DNA of 62,935 nucleotides, counting the filler, from Parasitella parasitica NRRL 2501 (lineage: Eukaryota; Fungi; Mucoromycota): assembly GCA_025201805.1 (NCBI GenBank). It is 4 parts of 4 records of this genome, joined end to end, with 100 filler letters (N's around TTAATTAATTAA, not from the genome) between each part and the next. Parts side by side here need not be neighbours in the genome. Positions count along the whole stretch, not along the records: positions 1 to 11,285 come from MU619489.1; positions 11,386 to 19,457 come from MU619502.1; 2 more parts are not named here. One strand, 5' to 3'. Position numbers and translations under genes: made by a program. The notes below the pieces were generated by a model. That model was given only the letters and a program-made list of their open reading frames with translations, had not been told where the DNA came from and did no database searches. Every line of letters begins with the position of its first letter. Within the stretch, counting starts at the first letter, position 1. Positions 1 through 11,685 of this stretch are shown one piece after another.

Positions 1-107
1 TTTTCTTTTTTTTCACGGTTTATCATTGAACATCACAAGTACTCTCTTGGAGGCTCTCTATATGGTTTCGCTCATCAACATACTGTTTCTAAGCTGAGTT
101 GGGGTAA

Positions 108-417
108 TGATGTGGCAATTTCCCAACCGGAAGTCAAACTCAAGTAAACTCAATCCTGAACACAATTCAGGAACATATCCCAATGAATCATGTTCCTTAT
201 TTATAACTCAACATGGCATGCTCATGGACAATAATAGATACAATCTATCGTTCCATTCTCTAAATCGCACCATGTCTCACACTTGTATCTTATCCTCCCA
301 TCAGTCCACTTAGATTCACTAGTATATAAACCATCATTTTTCCATGTAATAAACGAGATCTTTACCTAATTAATTCACAACCGTTTTATCAGAATAATTT
401 TTCATTCTGATAAATCA
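108..417 (+). mobile_element. LTR (310 bp), probably the 3' LTR of a retrotransposon that extends off the left edge
   Basis: TGAT...ATCA termini; G-rich PPT-like GAGTTGGGGTAA just upstream; internal TATAAA and AATAAA; highly similar to the reverse complement of 15769-16076, which has a clean 5-bp TSD. Confidence 0.8.
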
Positions 418-562
418 TACGGTAATGTAAACAACACTCTCACACAACAAAAAACGTAATTGTAAACAGATGATTTTGCGCGACAGTTGATAGTAAAGTT
501 GAGCTTTGAGACTCTTAACTTCTTTTTTCCCCCGTAATAACTTCTGTTATACCATTGCTATT

Positions 563-3408
563 ATGATGAATTACAATTACACCACTCAACGATCCAATAG
601 TAGTTGGGAGTTAGTCAATGAAAATAGCGAGAATAACAACGATAATGACCCATTCACGGGCAGTCCCATGATGTCGATTATGAGTGGTGTCGAAGAAGAC
701 AACAACAACACCACAGCTAGCACTGTCTCCGTAATGCGAGGACAATCTTCGGCAGTAAACAACCTATCGCCATCAGCAACCATAGATGATACCCCAGCAA
801 AAAAAGCAAAACTGTGGAATACTAATGACAAGAACGCACGCAGAAAAATCATGGACCTCAAGCAAAACCAATTGTATGATGTACCTATCAGTGGAACTGT
901 CGATGCCGCTAATTCCAAATCAAAACCCTGGTGGTCGAAATACAGTAACGCTCTACGTGTTCCAGGTGCAATCTTTTGTACAGTGAATCGAGCAGAACCC
1001 CAAATTGGATGCCTTAAATATTTTTCAAGTGGTGAATCAAAAGAAACATCTAGTATTGCTCGGCATTTGTGAAGATCGCATAATTTGAACGAAAATAAAA
1101 GTAAATGTTGAGCCTTGGGTTGTTATAATCATTGCTTATAGTTAACTCATAACAAAATTGAAATGTTTATTTTAGATGTCACTTTGCAAGATAAAATTGA
1201 CAAGAAAATCTCGGAAAGTAGTGTTCAATTTGAAAACAAATTGCAGCTGGTTGAATATAATTGACACATGGATTCATTGTCTTTACTGAATCATGATCAG
1301 GAAGAAGATGCAGTAATTGTATACAATAACGTTACAACAACTTCCAAGGATGCTTTGTCCAATTTCTACAAAGTGCTTATGGACTTCATCATTCAAAAAC
1401 AGCTTCCGATGAGCTTCGTGGATAACAACAAACCGCTACAGTATCTCTTGAATTTTTGCTTGTCGAATGAAAGCCCTGAAATGAAAAATGTGATCAAATT
1501 ACCCGTGAGAAATACTATCAGAAATCAACTCTTAAACTATTTTGATGTGATGAAACGAAAAACAACTGATGAGCTTATAGCCCAAGACTGCATCGCTCTG
1601 ACAACAGATCTCTGGACATCATCGACAGGTATAGCAATCTGCATATCAACCATATTCTATTGGCTGGATACTCAATTGATTTGATTAATTATTAGGGCAA
1701 AGTTTTATTGGCTTAACCAGTCATTTTATATCAAAAGAAACATGGAAACCAAAACAGATCACCATAGGCCTAATTCATTTTTATGGATCAACACATTCTG
1801 GTACACAGGAATACGACGTTTGCTTGTTTTTTGCAAGTGCTACTGATTTACATGTATCAATTTTTAAGGTGACGATCAGGCAACAAAAATCTTTGAGGTG
1901 TTACAATCGTGTGATTCAAGCATGCTTTCGAAAGTCTTCGCCGTAACCTGCGATAATGCCAGTAGCAACACAAAGCTTGCTGAAAAACTCGAGCGTCTAA
2001 TGAGAAGCTCCTACGAGAACATTAAGTTCTTTGCTTCAAATCAAAGAGTTCCTTGTGTATGAGCCATGTAATAAATTTGGTGACTCAAGACTTATTAAAA
2101 CAGTGCACCTCGGCATCATGAACACCCCCCTCAGCACCAACATCCTCCTCTACAACACCAAATATTCTATACAAGCCCAATGAAGGATGTAAGAAGATAA
2201 AGCATGTAAACAAATTGAAGTATGCATTTAACAAATACCAAGTTAACTACAGCAATGCTACTCATGACATAGTTTTAGATTGTCCCAGCCGATGGAGGTC
2301 CACGCATCAAATGATCAGGCGATTTTTGAAAGTGAAGGCAGCTTATAACGTTGCGGTTATGCAAGAAAAGAACACGAAACAATTTTTCATCGAAGAAGAT
2401 GTAAAATATTTGCAAGCTCTTAATGAGCTTTTATTAAAATTCCATATTTCAACTAATTGGTTGAGCTCGCAATTGTAAGTTATAATCAGATTCATCAGTA
2501 CATGGACAATTGCCTTGAAATCTAACATTTCGTTTAAAGCCATACTACTCTTAACAGAACTATCCTATTGTACAATTGTTTGTACGATCTCATTACTATA
2601 TACTAGTTTCCTGAGTAAAAATCAAGCTCATCCAGGTTTAGTGCTTGATGGTAACGCTGCATAGGAAAAGTTGAGAAAGTATTACGCAAAAACAAATGAA
2701 TCAGATGTCTATTGTGTTTCAACTATGATTGACCCCATGCTGAAGTTTGGGTACTGGAGGGAAGACGAGATCATTGTGGAACAAGAGTTGAAGTGTCGCT
2801 CTGCTTTTAGTGGATTTTTAAAGAAGGAAAAATTCAAGGCTATCACTGGAATGATTGCTACAGCATCCACAACAGCAACAACAATATCAGCAGCAAATAA
2901 ATCAACAAAAACATTGGTAGCAACAACAGCATTTGCAAACGATGATGATGAAGAAGAAGCAGTGGCCATGATCTCAACAAACAGAAAAAGAAAGCAGACA
3001 GTGGCTCGTCCACAACAAGTAAAAGCACAAAAGCGCCAAATGTTTACCGAGGAAGTATTCATCAACAGACACAAATTAGAATTGGAACAGTTTGTGAGGG
3101 AGGAGCTAGAGGAATTTATTAGCATCAGCTATAGACCTAGTTGCGACACTATTGACGTTGTGCATGATAGTGATGAGGACAATGACGGCAGAGTTTTTTT
3201 TGGTTTTGACTAACACTTTGACCGCTACGGGGATGGCTCTTTGCTCGAGGCTTATGAATATGCTATAGGCGAATTAGTTTATTGCAAGAACAACGAAAGG
3301 TTGTTTAGTGTAGCGAAATTCAACATCAACAATAGTCGATCCAAATTGTTACCCGATTTTGAGGAGGAAGTGGTGTTGCTAAAAAGATGTGGAGTAGAGA
3401 GTTGTTGA
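563..3408 (+). pseudogene. hAT-superfamily transposase, intron-containing and degraded
   Basis: BED-finger remnant (IFCTV...GCLKYFS...SSIARHL*RSH), IALTTDLWTS (first D), AVTCDNASSNT (second D), RVPC..H (CxxH), LDCPSRWRST, KLRKYY...IDP, and C-terminal NERLFS...RSKL. Several stops and frameshifts. Confidence 0.9.
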
Positions 3409-3519
3409 TGTTTTATTTTAATTTGTTTGTTTATATTGTATAAAGTTTCAATTGCTTGTGGTGTTTGTAAGTTTGTTGATGCACCTGTATCATTTTGATC
3501 AGATACAGTGTACCGTGAT

Positions 3520-3645
3520 CACCAAGATCAATGCGAGACTTACCAAGAATTGTTCGAGTTATCTCAAGATATACGCGAGATGTTTCGAGATTTATGCAAA
3601 TTACGAGACAGATACCGAGATTCTGTGAGACTGTATTGTGCATCG
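3520..3645 (+). repeat. Subterminal array of C(G/A)AGA motifs with ~10.5-bp period, left part
   Basis: Motifs start at 3523, 3534, 3544, 3555, 3565, 3576, 3586, 3597, then 3604, 3616, 3626. Confidence 0.8.
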
Positions 3646-5608
3646 TTAAAATAAAATTTGGAATTTTTTTTTTTTTTCAACCAATGAAAAAATTTAAAAA
3701 ATTCAAAAACCTTCCAAATTTAGAAGGTAAATGAGTGAATAATACTAATAATCGAGTGAAAGATACTAAATATTTTCCTGCATTTGAGACAGTAAAATTA
3801 AGTCCAGACTTGCCGATACCTTGTCTTAAGTAAAATCCGACTCAAACCGGAAGTCTCGTTTATTATTAGGCTCTGAAGTTTGAGATCATATATAGACATT
3901 CCCAGTTTCGATTTATTCTATTGAAAAAAAATACATATCAACCACTATTTTTGCTTTTAATCTTATTAATAACATGTCATCTATATCATCCGCTTTTAAT
4001 GGTCGCAAAAGACGCCTTATTGCTATTGATAATGAAGAGGAAGAACAAATGTCAGATCAGCCAGCTCCTAGGGGTCGTGGCCGCCCCAAAAAGGTCGTTC
4101 AGGTCATGCCAGAAGAAGCATCCACATCTTCAATGGTCGTAGCTGATGAATCCAACCAACGTTTACGTTTCCGTCCTCGGACCTTTGCCACAGCTAAAAT
4201 GTTAAAAGAGTCGACATCGGGACAACTACTCGACCTGAGTGAAGAAAATGACGTTGGTCGTGCATTGCATTGGCTATTCATCGACAAGACTCAGTCAAAC
4301 TTCAATGCTTACGCACCCGTAATCCTTGATTGAGAGGCATGTAATCTTGGATTTATAGATGAGTAGTACAAACGTACTAATATAATCAATAATAGGTCGA
4401 TTGCGATGCCAATGCACATCGACTCACACTTTTCATTCCTGATGAAATCTACACTGTTGCCGGTTCTTCCATGCTCTTTTCTTTCTTTGAGGAGTTTGTT
4501 TTCAGCCGCAAATACATCAAGAGTATGATACCAAATGAACATGCTCGCACTCAAATCAGCTTGGTTGAGGAAGTAGATAAAAATGAGGCTTCAAGCTCTT
4601 CCCCAACTTTATTACAGAGTAAGCAAGATATTTTTGCAGCTCTATACATTGTTGTATTAACTTTTTTTCTCTAGTGCAAGCTACTGATCCACGAAACAAA
4701 TCGGGAAAGCATGTACAGGTTTCCATTCCGAATGGCAATTCATCGACAGACCAATACAGAAAAGGGATGAATTGGCTCTTCGAATACCGATGCCAGCAGA
4801 GAGGTGGTCTCCCGTGGCCGAATCCCACCCATGATAAAGCCTTGAAATCACTGCTGAATCGACGCAAACACAACATGAAGTATGATGAGGTGAATGCTGA
4901 TCCTGATAGAGATGCCCATTGTACCCTCCGAGAATCATACACACCTGCTGAGCTGTGTAGAGTCCTTAAGTCTCTCTGGAAAGAGACTAATGTTAGAGAG
5001 CTCTTCACCATTTGTGCACGTCACCACTTTCTTTTCCGCGATGAAGACATCAGAAACTTGAACTTCTCTGATTGTTTTGCTGTTACAGCCTACCAGCAAT
5101 ACAATAACCGTGGTTTGCAAAAGAAAGTCGCCATGGTTATCTGCATGAAGAAAGAAAAGACGATGAAAGAAGGCTAAACAAGATATGTCTGTGCCCTTCG
5201 CCATGAAAATATCACCAGGTACCCCATAAGTGCTTTTGCATTCTATGTTTTTAGTTTACTTCAGGTATATGAATAAGTTAATTATTGCTTTTGAGCTAAA
5301 TACTAAATGGTTCAAACTAGAATGATGAAGGGAAAAGCATTGTAAACGAAGATCAATTCATTTTCTACAAAGCTGTCAGAGGTAGATTCAGCGGCGAAAA
5401 GAGTATATGCATACCCAAAATTGGAATGTTTGCAGGAAAATATTCATCAACCATGGCATTCACAAGTCCAAAGTTACTCACGATGGTCGTCATTCTGGTT
5501 CAGTAGAGGCTCATACGATTGGTGTTTCGATGGGCGACCTAAAGCATGGAGGTGGTTGGAGAGAGGGCTTAAGTCGTCTCGAAACTAATTACATTGGAAA
5601 GCTGCCCC

Positions 5609-5703
5609 TGTTATGCGCAGAGGATATATAAATATGATCTGCTCAAAAAAANNNNNNNNNNNNNNNNNNNNNNNNNNNNNNNNNNNNNNNNNNNNNNAAA
5701 ACA
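5609..5703. mobile_element. LTR insertion in the Crypton gene (interior lost in a gap)
   Basis: TGTTATG...AAAACA termini with 5-bp TSD GCCCC (5604-08 and 5704-08). Removing it restores ...GKLPLPFARG. Confidence 0.85.
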
Positions 5704-5938
5704 GCCCCTTCCTTTCGCTCGTGGCATGGCTGGGTTCAAGAACAAACCATTCCATCTGGAGAGAAACATCATCAGCCCGTCCATAGATTTACAGCGTAAA
5801 ATCTTTCCATGGATCGAGAGTGTTTACGGCGTTAGTAAAGAGTGGTATGACGTTTGCACCAGATAAATGAACGAATACGACGACAACTATGATGATGGTG
5901 AAGAGCCCGAGGATTCACAAATGAACGTTGTCGAAGAG

Positions 5939-6740
5939 TGATGTATATTTCAAATATTTCAATACAATAAAAAGAGACTTGTAATAATTCACAGCTTTCA
6001 ACTGTATCCGAACAATAAAANNNNNNNNNNNNNNNNNNNNNNNNNNNNNNNNNNNNNNNNNNNNNNNNNNNNNNNNNNNNNNNNNNNNNNNNNNNNNNNN
6101 NNNNNNNNNNNNNNNNNNNNNNNNNNNNNNNNNNNNNNNNNNNNNNNNNNNNNNNNNNNNNNNNNNNNNNNNNNNNNNNNNNNNNNNNNNNNNNNNNNNN
6201 NNNNNNNNNNNNNNNNNNNNNNNNNNNNNNNNNNNNNNNNNNNNNNNNNNNNNNNNNNNNNNNNNNNNNNNNNNNNNNNNNNNNNNNNNNNNNNNNNNNN
6301 NNNNNNNNNNNNNNNNNNNNNNNNNNNNNNNNNNNNNNNNNNNNNNNNNNNNNNNNNNNNNNNNNNNNNNNNNNNNNNNNNNNNNNNNNNNNNNNNNNNN
6401 NNNNNNNNNNNNNNNNNNNNNNNNNNNNNNNNNNNNNNNNNNNNNNNNNNNNNNNNNNNNNNNNNNNNNNNNNNNNNNNNNNNNNNNNNNNNNNNNNNNN
6501 NNNNNNNNNNNNNNNNNNNNNNNNNNNNNNNNNNNNNNNNNNNNNNNNNNNNNNNNNNNNNNNNNNNNNNNNNNNNNNNNNNNNNNNNNNNNNNNNNNNN
6601 NNNNNNNNNNNNNNNNNNNNNNNNNNNNNNNNNNNNNNNNNNNNNNNNNNNNNNNNNNNNNNNNNNNNNNNNNNNNNNNNNNNNNNNNNNNNNNNNNNNN
6701 NNNNNNNNNNNNNNNNNNNNNNNNNNNNNNNNNNNNNNNN
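5939..6740 (-). mobile_element. Second LTR insertion in the Crypton gene (mostly gap)
   Basis: Starts TGATGT where the coding sequence breaks. 5939-6015 matches the LTR upstream of the gag remnant at 35470-35680. The Crypton frame resumes after the gap (QGGSKVQVEQ). Confidence 0.7.
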
Positions 6741-8018
6741 CAAGGTGGGTCGAAAGTCCAAGTTGAACAAACTCACGAGCCTGCCCAAGTAACTGCTGCC
6801 GAAATCAACAAAAGAGGGTTCCTCAAGCTACTTGTCCGCCTCCGCAGGGTAATCCTACAAGACGCTGCCGCGATGCTCTTCTTGAACAGACCCAACAAAC
6901 TACTTGAAGATGCTATATTCTAAACTCCTGAGTTTTTAGCGTTCTAAGAAGGTGTTTTCTCGGTCCTCCGCAACTCTGATGTCCCTCGTAGATTGCAAGA
7001 ATTTGAAGGCCTTGTTCCCGAAATCATCAATGCCCAAAGGGAATTATCTGGCAGCACTCTGCAAATAGACAATCAGATCTTGCGCACCAACCAGCACTTT
7101 GACAATCAATTTGCTTTTATGATGCATACCATCAATAGCAATCATAGACAAGAAGTTGAGGCCACAGACCACCACAATTCTTTATTGAATGCAATGTCCT
7201 TCCAGTTGCAACAGCAAGATCAACAGATAAAAAAGCAACAGGCCATGATCCAAACAATGTTAACAAGCCAACAATTCCTAACGTCGCTGCTACAACTTGC
7301 CTTGGCAGGCCAAGGTAGTAATCATGGATCTTCTGCCTTTGTGTCTTCTCCCTCTGCAGCATCTGCCTCTCTTCTTCCAGCCGCCTTACCTTCTGCTTCT
7401 ATGCCTCCTGCCTTTGTGCCTTCCACCTTTGTGCCTTTTGTCCCTGCTCCATCCTCTCGCCCTCTTACACCTCTTCGTATTAGACCAACGCCTCCTTTGA
7501 TGGCTAAAAACCGAAGAACGAAGGGGAAAGGTAAAGCAAAGGATATATCTTTTATTCCTTACCAGCCTGAGCCTTGATAATATATATAACATTTACAATA
7601 TAAACTATTTCAAAAAATAATTAATAATTACATATGACTCTTTTTTTTCTTTGCCCTTAACATGTATATGAGCTCGCCTCATTATACAGACAATTTATAT
7701 AATTTTTCAGATAATAAATTATATATCGAAAGCCACTTGCTTTGATTTATTTATTCCTCAATATCAGTAAGATATACAATTAACACTCTATCTTGGTATA
7801 TCTACAAAATATCAAAAACAGTTAGTAGACTCTCATAAAGGCTCTCAAGTCTCTCTAGGGCCCCTTTAATTTGAGAAAAATATTGAAATAAAAGGTAAAT
7901 TTGATATTTTTTTCCCAAAGGGGAAGTCTATCCATTTTCAGTAACTCAAAAACCATATCAGCCAATGGGTATTCTATTTTTCTGATTGGATATGTTTATT
8001 TTTTTTTAAAGTGGTTAT

Positions 8019-8140
8019 ATCGATACAGTATCGAGTTTCATCGAGATCGTACCGAGATTCATCGAGACTTCACCGAAATTTATCGAGCCAAGCCCCACCT
8101 CCAAGCGAGCCTGATCGAGACGTCTCGAATCTGGACTCGA
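8019..8140 (+). repeat. Subterminal array of CGAGA motifs with ~10.5-bp period, right part
   Basis: Motifs start at 8021, 8032, 8042, 8053, 8063, 8074, 8084; same consensus as 3520-3645. Confidence 0.8.
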
Positions 8141-8539
8141 CTTGGCTTGATGCCATACTTAGTTACGAGTATAAGTGAATTTTGAGAGGCTGCCATATTT
8201 TCGGGATTTGAATTGAAATTACCATAATAAGAAGATGTTCCTGAACGGACTTTACAAAAAATGAATCAAGGTTTTAGATGTTATATATTGTTCTAGTGGT
8301 TACATGTCAAAACCACATATTGCTTAAATAAAACAGGGGCTTTCTTCCGTCTAAATAATTTATAGCATACTTTACCTATTTGGTTTATATCGCTGAGATC
8401 CTTCACAAATTTATAATTTATCAAGAACATTATTGCAACACCAAACATATTAGGTCATTCCTCGTACACCTTATGTATTCGTCAGAAAGCACCCCAAATC
8501 TATCTAAACATTTCACGAACAAGCACCGCAGCGTATCAA

Positions 8540-9053
8540 TATTGACACGTGCGTATTTTTTTCACTTGTCAACTTACGCTATACTAACTCTCAAAAAGGC
8601 AACTTTTTCACGTGGTGTCTAAAGAGTATTAATAGTGTAGTACGTTTTAAAATGGTGTTATCAAGTATGTTTATTCTGGAATCTTAATGTGCTCTGAGTT
8701 GAAGGCCGATTTGAATTTTGTCTCTTGTTTTGGATTATAATTGCTGCCGATGGTTAAATGTTGAAATCCATTGTTATATTTTGGTCTGGGGCATTTATTT
8801 TTATCTTGAAATGGAGATTTGACAAATCCTTGTCTGACAGCTTTGAAAGTTTAAATTTTAGAAAATAGACGTGTAGATGATAGACATTATGAAATCGTAT
8901 AAAAAAGATCATTTTATTTTTAAAAAGACATTATTGAATTTTTCTTTCTACACTTTAGTTACTATTGTTAATTTTTCACATTTAATACCAACTACCCTAG
9001 ATCTTAATTCATTTTCGCGATATACAATTTAAATAGCGCTTACAGTCTCCCTA
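8540..9053 (-). repeat. Dispersed non-coding repeat (MITE or DNA-transposon end), copy A
   Basis: Diverged reverse complement of 13193-13693; similarity ends sharply at ...CTTACAGTCTCCCTA. Confidence 0.75.
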
Positions 9054-10071
9054 TTTATAAACAAATTTATATCACTTTGACTTACCTACTCACGAAGGTA
9101 ATTATAAAAGAGAACTTGACATTTATCAATATTGTTACAGATGTAGATTATTTTTGTGGTGCCGATTGATTATCCGCACGTGATCAGAGTCTGAGCTAAT
9201 GGAAGCTACGTTCTTAGAATTCTGGGAACGTCTCATCTTAGATATATATGGAATTATGCTTCATATTTGAAATAATCGATCTTTTTTACGTTTAAAATTC
9301 TGTCCTATCTACTAAATTGCTCTCCTATTGCTGAGATGCCATACCATTTTAGTTATTCGACATAGTATACACTTAAACCACAGCAAAACAGTTGAATTAA
9401 TCTTGGGATTGATCTGTTTACTGCAAGAAATTCCAAACAACCTAAATCTATTCACAAAACAGCGCCGCAAAGTATCAATTAGAGGTCTCGCCGAGACATA
9501 TTTTTGTTGATAATCGATAACTGATAGACGTTACTAATAAAACAACTGATATATACGAATACTTGCTATACAAAAATATATATAGTTATAAATTGACAGA
9601 TAGTATGTTTGCCGACTGTAAAAACAAAGAGATACTATTCAATAATATAAAGTTCGTAGTATAAAAAGACTAGTTCTCTGTAATATAAATAAATATACAC
9701 TAGAGAGGAATGTATGTAAAATAATGTAAAGTTAAGTTTACGAGAGAAAAAGGTTGTTTATTATCAATGTTGACATATGCAAAGCATATGCAACTTGCAG
9801 TAAGATTGATCAATTACTATATAAAGATGTGTAACCAAAAATGTACACTACAGCTACTTGCACATATCACAACAAGTACCTGCCGTGCCAATCTTGAACT
9901 TATTTGGAGAGAGCGCTTGACAGTAAGTAGTATCGTTGCAGAACAGGAACTGGTATACATTATACATTTATTTGTCGTTGTGCCTGTACATTTTGGAATT
10001 CGATCTGCCATAATGTAGGATAGGAGATCATGATAGTGTACTTTAATTAAAAATTGGAGATTCTCCAATGA

Positions 10072-10149
10072 CACTATGGCCTCGCCGATGTTCTCATGAG
10101 AATATAGATGTACATGAACGGGAACATTTTTTAGAGCCAAAAAAGTGTT
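10072..10149 (+). mobile_element. Truncated terminus of the CACTATG-ended DNA transposon
   Basis: CACTATGGCCTCGCCGAT... matches the ends at 11685, 14060 and 18120. Confidence 0.75.
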
Positions 10150-10467
10150 TAGGAAACAGATCAAATCTTAGCGGTAATGTATTATACTCTGTATAATACA
10201 TCCACTGGGCAGAAAGTCATAATTAGCATATAGTTCCTGACTTAAATTATTTTGTAATTATTTGGCAAAAAAAAAAGCGGAATTCTATTTAAGAATTGTG
10301 AATTTGAAAGGGAGAAGCCACTTATAATGCTCAAATACGTAATTGGAATGGCGAATAAACTTGAGATAAAGTAAAATGCTCATTAATTTCATAATAATCA
10401 ATGCTTATTATTACTTGTATAAATTAATTAACTACAAAAATAAAAAAAAGGGTATTAATTTAGTAAA

Positions 10468-10549
10468 GCTCTTCGTAGCGCAGTGGTTAAATCGCTGTTT
10501 TATTCTTATTTTTTGTATTCCGCCGTGAGTTCGACTCTTGCCCCCGACA
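10468..10549 (+). pseudogene. tRNA-like relic with Pol III A and B boxes
   Basis: A box TAGCGCAGTGG, T-arm/B box GTGAG-TTCGACT-CTTGC and a downstream T run. Acceptor stem does not pair and the anticodon arm is replaced by T-rich sequence. Confidence 0.6.
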
Positions 10550-11285
10550 TTTTTTTTTACATCTATATACACCTCTTTTTCAAATGTATGGCATACCTGC
10601 TTTATTTTATGTTTTTTGGCAATTTTTGAGAGACAATTCAAAGATTGATTTATTTGTTTTTTATTTTTAATTAGAAAGCATCGTATATACTATAGTTTGA
10701 GATAATACATTGTCTACAACATCATTTACAGACAGAGAATTTTAGTTGGAACTTAAAAGGAAGTTTAATTTGTGTAATAGATTACCAAAAAAGATTGCTA
10801 TGTGTGTGCTCGAAAAAGAGACTCGAACACAGATATAAAGGAAGTGTGTCTAATTGCCTCTTATAGGTATAATTATGTAAGTATGCCTCAAAATAAATCA
10901 TAAAGCAAGAGAAAATCTTGTGTTTAAAGCTGAGCGATGTATTGAAACAAGTAAAATCCTGAATAAGAAAGCCGTATGTGCTGAATAATACCAAGAAGAG
11001 CAAAACGGAGGGTTTACCAGCTTTTCCATTTTCATTTTCCCGTCTCATTTCAACCTAAATGAACGTTGTAGTTATCAGACGATACTTGATTCGAGGCACA
11101 ATATTTATTTAGATGCACACTTTCCACAGAGTTTTCATGATGTCTTCGGCAATTAATATTTAGCGTTAACGTGGTAGAAGCAGAAGATTCAATTGTAAGC
11201 ATAGTTGTTTCCAAACAGCAGTTGTTAACAAAAGTATTATTTTACTTGCTGCTTCCTGGAAGAGAATGATATTCATTGAACGACA

Positions 11286-11385
11286 NNNNNNNNNNNNNNN
11301 NNNNNNNNNNNNNNNNNNNNNNNNNNNNNTTAATTAATTAANNNNNNNNNNNNNNNNNNNNNNNNNNNNNNNNNNNNNNNNNNNN
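11286..11385. other. Artificial scaffold linker N44-TTAATTAATTAA-N44
   Basis: Identical 100-bp construct with stops in all six frames also at 19458-19557 and 38748-38847. Confidence 0.95.
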
Positions 11386-11685
11386 GCTACATTTTTGTAC
11401 GCAAATTTTACTTTTTTAAGCACATTTTTTTGAGTGTACGGGCACATTTTCGCTTCATGAGCACATTTTTTCAAGCCCTTTGAGCGTAATTTTAAGCCTA
11501 TGAAACTAGTAATTTATGTGCTCATTTGAGCATAAAAATGTGATCATAAGATGTTTCAATTTTTGTTCTCGCATGAGCACATTTATCGCCTTAACCTAGC
11601 TCGATAAGCACTTTTTTTGGCTCTAAAGAATGTTCCCATTCATGCACATCAATATTCTCATAAGAACATCGGCGAGGCCATAGTG
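11386..11685 (-). mobile_element. Terminus of the CACTATG-ended DNA transposon, inserted into a Tc1-like transposase
   Basis: Ends ...GGCCATAGTG exactly where the neighbouring transposase frame breaks; very similar to 17820-18120; repeated GCACATTT motifs. Confidence 0.8.

Larger units (their letters stand above)
3974..7577 (+). pseudogene. Crypton tyrosine recombinase (Ndc10 domain II-like), multi-exon and disrupted
   Basis: N-terminal AT-hook PRGRGRPKK; HFLFRDEDIRNLNFSD (catalytic R); KEKT (K); LRHENITRYPISAFAFY; KVTHDGRHSG (HxxR); GGW; NYIGKLP (Y); FARGMAGF; RKIFPWIE; FLKLLVRLRRVILQDAA. In-frame stops (e.g. 4331, 5175, 6945) and two LTR insertions. Confidence 0.9.
3646..8018 (+). mobile_element. 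Crypton (tyrosine-recombinase DNA transposon), approximate limits
   Basis: Contains the YR gene and sits between the two halves of the hAT array. No long TIR. Short direct repeat ATCG (3642-45 and 8019-22) or GTG (3638-40 and 8011-13) at the junctions; A/T-tract ends TTAAAATAAAA...TTTTTTTTTAAA. Confidence 0.7.
418..8161 (+). mobile_element. hAT DNA transposon (right terminus ~8161; left end not seen; interrupted by a Crypton)
   Basis: Transposase is followed by a CGAGA subterminal array at 3520-3645 that resumes at 8019-8140. It ends in ...TTGATGCCATACTTA; the reverse complement TAAGTATGGCA resembles hAT TIR starts. TSD cannot be tested. Confidence 0.6.

Noticed and set aside
107-313. Duplicated 67-68 aa ORF, also at 15874-16077
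   Set aside because: Lies inside two copies of an LTR and starts at its TG end; conservation reflects the repeat.
5832-6788. Long ORFs made mostly of X, also at 14272-14927 and 40103-40727
   Set aside because: Artefacts of translating through N gaps.
11330-11341. TTAATTAATTAA palindrome, also at 19502 and 38792
   Set aside because: Centred in identical N blocks; an assembly linker.
10072-11685. Left and right ends of one CACTATG element
   Set aside because: No TSD, the interrupted Tc1 gene does not resume left of 10072, and an artificial linker lies between.
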